DNA of 64,000 nucleotides from Planctomycetota bacterium (GTDB lineage Bacteria; Planctomycetota; UBA8108; SXIK01): NCBI GenBank assembly GCA_965223845.1, contig CBDCXR010000004.1, positions 3,904,001 to 3,968,000 of the forward strand, read 5' to 3'. Shown piece by piece: positions 58,469 to 64,000 of this stretch (position 1 is its first letter; each line of letters starts with the position of its first letter). The notes under the pieces were generated by a model. It saw only the letters and a program-made list of their open reading frames with translations, ran no database searches and was not told where the DNA came from. The position numbers and the translations under genes were made by a program.

Positions 58469-59512
58469 ATGCCAACCCTCGTCATCCTCACCGAAGGTCA
58501 GTCGAACCCCATGGCCGCGAAGACCGCGACCGGCGTTCTTCGCTACCGCGGCGAGGACGTCGTCGCTCTTCTCGATTCGACGAATGCCGGGAAGACGTGC
58601 GGTGCGGTTCTCGGGGTCGGCGGCGAAACTCCGATCGTCGGCTCGCTCGACGACGTAGAGGCAGACGCGCTCCTCATCGGGATCGCGCCGGCCGGCGGGG
58701 CGCTTCCCGAATCCTGGCGCGAGGTGATCCGGACGGCGATCGGCCGCGGGATGGACGTGATCAGCGGACTTCACACGTTCCTTAGCGACGACGACGAGTT
58801 CGCCTCGCTCGCCGCGAAACAGGGCGTTCGACTCGACGACGTTCGGCGACCCGATCCCGAGATCAGTGTCGCGCGGGATCTCGTTCGGTCGAGCCGACCT
58901 CACCGTGTGCACACGGTCGGTCACGACTGCGGCGTCGGCAAGATGCTGATCGCGATCGAGCTCGATCGGGCGCTCCGAGAAGCGGGGCGCCGGAGCGAGT
59001 TCATCGCGACGGGTCAGACCGGCATCATGATCACGGGGAGCGGCGTGCCGATCGACCGGGTCGTCAGCGATTTTGTCGCCGGTGCCATCGAGGCCGAGAT
59101 TCTCGCGCGGGACGAGGCCGAATTCCTCGTCATCGAAGGTCAGGGCAGCATCTCGCACCCGCTCTACTCGGGCGTCACGCTCGGGCTTCTTCATGGCTGC
59201 GCGCCGCAGACGCTCATCCTAGCCTTCGATCCCACGCGAACGACGATCAAGAGTACGACGATGCCCATCCGGCCGCTCGGCGAGCTGATCTCGGTCTATG
59301 AAGCCGCCGCCGGGTTCCTCTGTCCTTCGAAAATCGTCGGTCTCGCGGCGAACACCTCGACCCTCGACGCCGACGACGCGCGGCGGACGATGGCGCGCAC
59401 GGAAGACGAGCTCGGACTTCCGGTCGTCGACGTCATCCGCGACGGGACCGAACGACTTCGCGACGCCGTTCTCGAACGCGATCGCGAGCTTCGGGGTACG
59501 GCCGACCAGTAG
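58469..59512 (+). CDS. DUF1611 family protein (DgcN-like D-glutamate N-acetyltransferase)
   Basis: AKTATGVLRY, IGIAPAGG, ISGLH, TVGHDCGVGKM, ATGQTG, SDFVAGAIE, IEGQGSISHP.YSGVTLGLLHG. Confidence 0.9.
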   Translation: MPTLVILTEGQSNPMAAKTATGVLRYRGEDVVALLDSTNAGKTCGAVLGVGGETPIVGSLDDVEADALLIGIAPAGGALPESWREVIRTAIGRGMDVISGLHTFLSDDDEFASLAAKQGVRLDDVRRPDPEISVARDLVRSSRPHRVHTVGHDCGVGKMLIAIELDRALREAGRRSEFIATGQTGIMITGSGVPIDRVVSDFVAGAIEAEILARDEAEFLVIEGQGSISHPLYSGVTLGLLHGCAPQTLILAFDPTRTTIKSTTMPIRPLGELISVYEAAAGFLCPSKIVGLAANTSTLDADDARRTMARTEDELGLPVVDVIRDGTERLRDAVLERDRELRGTADQ

Positions 59513-59609
59513 TAGCGAACGTAGCCCTCTCACACCTCGAGCGGTTTTTCTCTCTCTTCGTGCGCTTCGCGCCGTTCGTGTGAATCTTTTCGTCGGAGCC
59601 CGATCGAAG

Positions 59610-60632
59610 ATGCAAATCCGAACGATCACCCACGACCTCGAGCTCGCGCACACGTTCACGATCGCGCGGAGCTCACAGGACGTCTCGCGCGTCGCCGTCG
59701 CGACCATCGCCCACGGCGGCGTGAGCGGGCGCGGCGAAGCTTGCCCGAGCGACTTCTACTCCGAAACGGCCGAGACGGTGATCGCGGCGCTCGAACGCCT
59801 CTCGCCCTGGATCGAGACCGAGTCTCCCGTCGAGTACACGCATTTCCTCGAGGAAGCGGCGGAGCGCCTCGGCCCCGAACGCGCGGCACTCTCCGCGCTC
59901 GATCTCGCCGTCCACGACTGGTTCGGCCGGCGCGTCGAACAGCCTCTCTATCGACTCCTCGGCCTCGACATCGGGCGCATTCCGCGAACGTCGTTCACGA
60001 TCGGCATCGACGACTTAGACGTGATGGTCGAAAAGCTGCGCGAAGCGAAGGACCACCCGATCATCAAGATCAAGCTGGGAATGCCGAACGACATCGAGCT
60101 CGTCCGAACGCTTCGCGCCGAGACGGAGGCGATCTTCCGCGTCGACGCGAACTGCGCGTGGACGCCGCACGAGACGATCGAAAAGTCGACGGAGCTCGCC
60201 GCACTCGGCGTCGAGTTCATCGAGCAGCCCCTCCCGCCGGAGGATCTCGACGGGATGGACGAGGTGTTCGCGAAGAGCGCGCTACCCGTGATCGCCGACG
60301 AAAACTCCGTCGTTCCTCGGGACGTACCGAGTCTTCGCGGCAAGTTTCACGGAATCAACATCAAGCTCGTCAAGTGCGGCGGGATCAAGCCGGCCCTCGA
60401 GATGATCCATATCGCGCGCGCCCTCGATCTCAGGGTGATGATCGGCTGCATGGTCGACAGCTCACTCAGCGCGACCGCGGCCGCGCAGATCGGCGCTCTC
60501 GCCGACTACCTCGATCTCGACGGTCCTCTCCTCATCAAGAACGATCCCTACCGCGGGCTCGAATACATCGACGGCCGTCCGATGCCGCTCCACCGACCCG
60601 GACTCGGTGTCGAACCGAACCCGCTCGTCTGA
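59610..60632 (+). CDS. Dipeptide epimerase (enolase superfamily; YcjG/DgcA-like)
   Basis: FTIARSS, TSFTIGID, KIKLG, RVDANCAW, FIEQPL, IADE, NIKLVKCGG, MIGCM, DLDG. Start at ATG 59610. Confidence 0.92.
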   Translation: MQIRTITHDLELAHTFTIARSSQDVSRVAVATIAHGGVSGRGEACPSDFYSETAETVIAALERLSPWIETESPVEYTHFLEEAAERLGPERAALSALDLAVHDWFGRRVEQPLYRLLGLDIGRIPRTSFTIGIDDLDVMVEKLREAKDHPIIKIKLGMPNDIELVRTLRAETEAIFRVDANCAWTPHETIEKSTELAALGVEFIEQPLPPEDLDGMDEVFAKSALPVIADENSVVPRDVPSLRGKFHGINIKLVKCGGIKPALEMIHIARALDLRVMIGCMVDSSLSATAAAQIGALADYLDLDGPLLIKNDPYRGLEYIDGRPMPLHRPGLGVEPNPLV

Positions 60633-60648
60633 ACCGCGAACGCACCCG

Positions 60649-62046
60649 CTACGGAATCGATGGCTCGATGCGCACGACTCGCCGGACGAAGCCCGCGTCG
60701 TGCTCGGTGATGAGGAGATTGCCGAATCGATCCGCCGTGACGCTTCGCACCCGGCTGATCTTCTTCCCGGGCGCGTCGAACGCTTCTCCGTCGCCCGAAT
60801 GCTCGCCGTCGGGCCCGCCGTCGATGAAGAGGTGGATCACGCCCTCGGAATCGACGTACCACACTTGACTCCCCGCCTGCGTCGCGAGGAAGTACCCGGA
60901 CGACTCCTCGACGAGACCACGCGGGAGCCAAATTCCGCGCACTTCGTCGAGTGCGGTTTCGAGCGCGTTCGCACCGTCGATGCCGTCGCCCGTCGCGCCG
61001 TTTCCGGCGATCGCCGTTCGCGTCCCCGCGCCGTCGACGCGGTATACGCGGTGGGCGTTGCGATCGGTCGCGAGCAAATCGCCTGTCGACGGCTCGACGA
61101 CGAAGTTCCCGAGCTGCGAAAAGCCCGTCGCGAAGGCGACCGCACCGTCGTCGGGCGTCCAGCGTACGATCGCAGTACGCGATGCGACGTACGCCAAGGT
61201 CTCATCGTCGCTCACCCAAAGACCGCGCCCGGTCCGCAGTCCGCCCACCGAGAAGAGTGTCGTCATCGTCCCTTCGACCGATACGCGCCGGATCTTCTCG
61301 TTGTCCTTGTCGAGAATGTAGAACGTTCCGTCGCCACGCACCCAGAGCCCGTTCGGCTCTGCGAGACGTCGCTCGACCGCGGGGCCGGCCTCGTCGCCAT
61401 CGTCGCCCGCCTCTCCTGTTCCGGCGACCGTCGTGATGCTGCCGCTCGGGGTGACGCGACGAATCGCGTGAGCGTCTTTATCCGCGATGAAGATGTTGCC
61501 CTCGTCATCGCTGAGTGCGATGTGGGGCCGAGAGAGCTCGGCTTCGGTCGCCGCGCCTCCCTCAAAGTCGGACTCCCAGGCGTTCACCGCCCCCGGGTTT
61601 TCGCCCTTCCCGGCGATCGTCTCGATCATCCCGAAGCTCGCGCGAATGCGGTCGATCTCTTCGAGCTCGGTCGCGCAGGCATCGAACCGCTCGCACGGTA
61701 GAGCTTCGCTCTCCTCGCCGACGCCGCAGTCGGGAAACGGATCGACCGGCGGCGGTCCGTCCCCGAAGAGGTAATTGAGGGTGTAGATGGGGTCGACGAT
61801 CGTGAGCGAGCCATTGGCGTCGACGTCCGCCGCACGCTCGCAGTCGAGAGGCTCGCCGTCGGCGAAGAGATAGAGGAGAGTCCGGATCGGATCGGTGATC
61901 TGAAGCCCGCCGCTCGCGTCCGAATCCCCCCGAATGAACGAAATCGCAGCCGACGCGCTCGGACTCCCGAGGGTGAGGCCAAGGAGAAGAATCGCGAGGA
62001 GGCCGCGGGGCGCAGGTCGCCATCGATCATCTCGCCGTCGAATCAT
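60649..62046 (-). CDS. Secreted dockerin-like module plus NHL-repeat beta-propeller protein
   Basis: Signal peptide; FIRGDSDASG..DPI..LF..AADVDANG..DPI..LF; NHL repeats IETIAGKG, IFIAD..HAIRRV, ITTVAGTG, AIAGNG. Confidence 0.85.
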   Translation of the reverse strand: MIRRRDDRWRPAPRGLLAILLLGLTLGSPSASAAISFIRGDSDASGGLQITDPIRTLLYLFADGEPLDCERAADVDANGSLTIVDPIYTLNYLFGDGPPPVDPFPDCGVGEESEALPCERFDACATELEEIDRIRASFGMIETIAGKGENPGAVNAWESDFEGGAATEAELSRPHIALSDDEGNIFIADKDAHAIRRVTPSGSITTVAGTGEAGDDGDEAGPAVERRLAEPNGLWVRGDGTFYILDKDNEKIRRVSVEGTMTTLFSVGGLRTGRGLWVSDDETLAYVASRTAIVRWTPDDGAVAFATGFSQLGNFVVEPSTGDLLATDRNAHRVYRVDGAGTRTAIAGNGATGDGIDGANALETALDEVRGIWLPRGLVEESSGYFLATQAGSQVWYVDSEGVIHLFIDGGPDGEHSGDGEAFDAPGKKISRVRSVTADRFGNLLITEHDAGFVRRVVRIEPSIP

Positions 62047-62250
62047 GAAACAAGCCTCGTTCGGAGTCGTCGCTTACGCGGGGACGTGCGCTAAATGCGC
62101 TTCCGCCCGGTTTGCGGAAGAATCAGTGTGAGAAACTCGCTAGGATAAGGCGCCGCTCGCCGGAAGGCTAACGCGCCAATCGACCGGACGGGACCGACCC
62201 GTACTCACGTCACCGGACAAGCCACCAACGAATCGAGAGGAGAGTTGATC

Positions 62251-62598
62251 GTGTCCGACAACGAACCCCGCCTGATCGGTGCGATCGTTCTCGTTCTCCT
62301 GCTCGTCGTCGGAGGCGCCGCCGCGGGATTCTTCTTCTATCTCCGGGCCCACGAACAGGCGGCCTACGAGAAGGAGCTCCTCCGACAAGAGGAGGCGCTT
62401 TTCGAGGCCGAGCAACGCGAACTCGCGGAAGAGGAGGCACGCCTCCTCGAGGCAGCGCGGCGGAGCGACGACGCCAACTCGGGCGCGGCGGAGACGACCG
62501 AAGCGGTCGGCGTCATCGCGGAAGGCTCGGCGGGGGCCGACTCGTCCGCCGAAGGCGCGACGGACCCAGCCTCGACGGAAGAGGCAGTCGGGCGATAG
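62251..62598 (+). CDS. Small single-TM protein with coiled-coil and acidic tail
   Basis: GAGGAG RBS; TM LIGAIVLVLLLVVGGAAAGFFFYL; E/Q/R-rich helix. Confidence 0.65.
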   Translation: MSDNEPRLIGAIVLVLLLVVGGAAAGFFFYLRAHEQAAYEKELLRQEEALFEAEQRELAEEEARLLEAARRSDDANSGAAETTEAVGVIAEGSAGADSSAEGATDPASTEEAVGR

Positions 62599-62613
62599 CT
62601 CAAAGCGGAGAGA

Positions 62614-64000
62614 CTACTCGAGCTCGAGCGGCTGCTCGTTCGCCGGATCGGCACCGAACGCTCGGCGAAATCCGCCTGCCGCGCCGCCGACGGTCTTCCC
62701 GGGTCCAGAGAGCTTGAGGAAGTACGCACCGCCCTTCGTTTCGATGATCGCCGCGAGGACGCGCGCGTTCGGCACGCGCTTCGTCTGCCCCCGAATCGGG
62801 GGGCCGATCGGCATGTTGTAAGTCCCGCGGATGTCCGCGACGACGTAGTTTCCTTGCGCGCACTTTCCCTGTCGGAGCTCGACCTTACGTCCTTCGGGTT
62901 CGAACTGTTTGATCCAGCGATCGAGATTCATGGCGACTCCCCCGCCGCCCCCTGCGCCGAAGAAGAAGACGACGAACTCGGCATCGTTCGCGTCCCCGCC
63001 CGCTGCAGGTACCGTCGCCTGCGCCTTGCGGAACTGATTGCGCGGCGGAGCGGTCTTCCAGTTCGCCGGCAGCGCCAGACGCAGGTCGCCCGCTTGAATG
63101 CTTCTTGCCGCCGCACCGCGGAGCGGAGCCGCGAACACGTTCGTCTCCAAGGAGTAAAGGCTCGTTCGCGCGGTGACGTAGAGCGTTCGTCCCTTCGGTC
63201 CGCCGAAGATGCAGTTCGCCGGTTTCTCGGGAATGTCGATCCTTCCGATGAGCTTTCCCGCCGGGTCGAGAACGACGAGCTTCTTGTAGGTCGCGTAGAT
63301 GTTTCCCGACGCATCCAGCGTCATGCCGTCCGGGCCGCGCCCGTCCTCTTCTTCGTCGCCGGTGAAGAGAAGCGTTCGCTCGCCGAGAACGCCGGGCGAC
63401 TTGATGGCGTAGCGAAAGAGCTGCCGATGATCGATCTCGGCGACGTAAAGGAAGCGGCCATCATTCGACACGAGGATCCCGTTCGGACGGGTGAGATCAG
63501 CGATGACACGCGTGAGCTTCCCCGCGGCATTGATGTAGTAGACCCCCATCACGTCCTGCTGGCGGTCTTCGGGCTTCCCGTAGTGGGGATCGGTGAAGTA
63601 CAGGCCGCCGTGATCGTCGAGGGCGAGGTCGTTCGGACTGTTGAGCTTCTTCCCGCCGTACTCCTCGGCGAGGACGGTCACCTCGCCTTTCTTGTCGGGA
63701 TCGAGTTTGACGACGCGGTGCTCGCCTCCCTGACACGCGTAGAGGACGCCGCTCGCGTCGAACGCGAGGCCGTTCGCACGTCCCGACGGCTTCAGAAACT
63801 CGCTACTCGTCCCGTCGTGGTTCACGCGCAGGACGCGGCTGTTCGGAATGTCGCTGAAGAGGAGGTAGCCGCGCGGACTGTAGGCCGGCCCTTCCGTGAA
63901 ACGACAAGCGTCGACGACGCGGCGTACCTGGGCGTCCGGTGAGACGAGATCGGCGAGCGAAGTTTCGAGAGGATGCGGCTCTGCGGAAGCCAGACGAAGC
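62614..64000 (-). CDS. SMP-30/gluconolactonase family protein fused to an uncharacterised C-terminal domain (5' end outside the window)
   Basis: Frame is open to the window edge. FTEGPAY..LLFSDIP, LNSPNDL, FTDP.YG, PNGI, PDGM..D..GNIY, LYVTA, then the extra domain LPANWK..GGGV..NLDRWIKQF..YFLKLSGP. Confidence 0.88.
   Translation of the reverse strand, partial: LRLASAEPHPLETSLADLVSPDAQVRRVVDACRFTEGPAYSPRGYLLFSDIPNSRVLRVNHDGTSSEFLKPSGRANGLAFDASGVLYACQGGEHRVVKLDPDKKGEVTVLAEEYGGKKLNSPNDLALDDHGGLYFTDPHYGKPEDRQQDVMGVYYINAAGKLTRVIADLTRPNGILVSNDGRFLYVAEIDHRQLFRYAIKSPGVLGERTLLFTGDEEEDGRGPDGMTLDASGNIYATYKKLVVLDPAGKLIGRIDIPEKPANCIFGGPKGRTLYVTARTSLYSLETNVFAAPLRGAAARSIQAGDLRLALPANWKTAPPRNQFRKAQATVPAAGGDANDAEFVVFFFGAGGGGGVAMNLDRWIKQFEPEGRKVELRQGKCAQGNYVVADIRGTYNMPIGPPIRGQTKRVPNARVLAAIIETKGGAYFLKLSGPGKTVGGAAGGFRRAFGADPANEQPLELE

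Noticed and set aside
59545-59590. Pyrimidine-rich TTCGTGCGCTTCGCGCCGTTCGTG short repeats between DUF1611 and the epimerase
   Set aside because: May be a REP-like remnant, but it is a single short degenerate copy and cannot be supported from this window.

Overview
A very GC-rich bacterial window with no rRNA, tRNA, CRISPR array or intact transposase that I can support. Gene content points to Planctomycetota (PVC-type heme/CxxCH protein, tandem DUF1080, planctomycete cytochrome c domains, dockerin-like repeats, dispersed H4MPT genes); this assignment is inference. Positions ~450-29,500 carry an interrupted methanopterin/methanofuran C1 cluster: mch, Orf5-, Orf7-, Orf20-, Orf17-, OrfY/MfnD-, Orf9/MfnF- and Orf21/MfnE-like genes, pabB, pabA and a DUF447-MptG fusion. 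It also includes a pterin sub-module (PTPS with a CExLHGH motif, an SDR with FxxxK, pterin-4a-carbinolamine dehydratase). The rest holds LPS/glycosylation, housekeeping (efpL/yeiP, ligA, tex) and secreted modular genes. Main leads: (1) an unannotated probable selenoprotein, in which two ORFs are joined by an in-frame UGA at 45940-45942 in a selenoprotein-N-like motif, followed by a SECIS-like hairpin; (2) a secreted protein of 11 full plus 2 partial Cys repeats with mirror-symmetric spacing C-x3-C-x10-C-x9-C-x10-C-x3-C; (3) four unrelated secreted proteins sharing one dockerin-like module; (4) a CLCA-like protease-vWA protein with an apparent flagellar-hook (FlgE D2) insertion; (5) a cytochrome c-fused copper monooxygenase. 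All family calls come from recognising motifs by eye; no searches were run.
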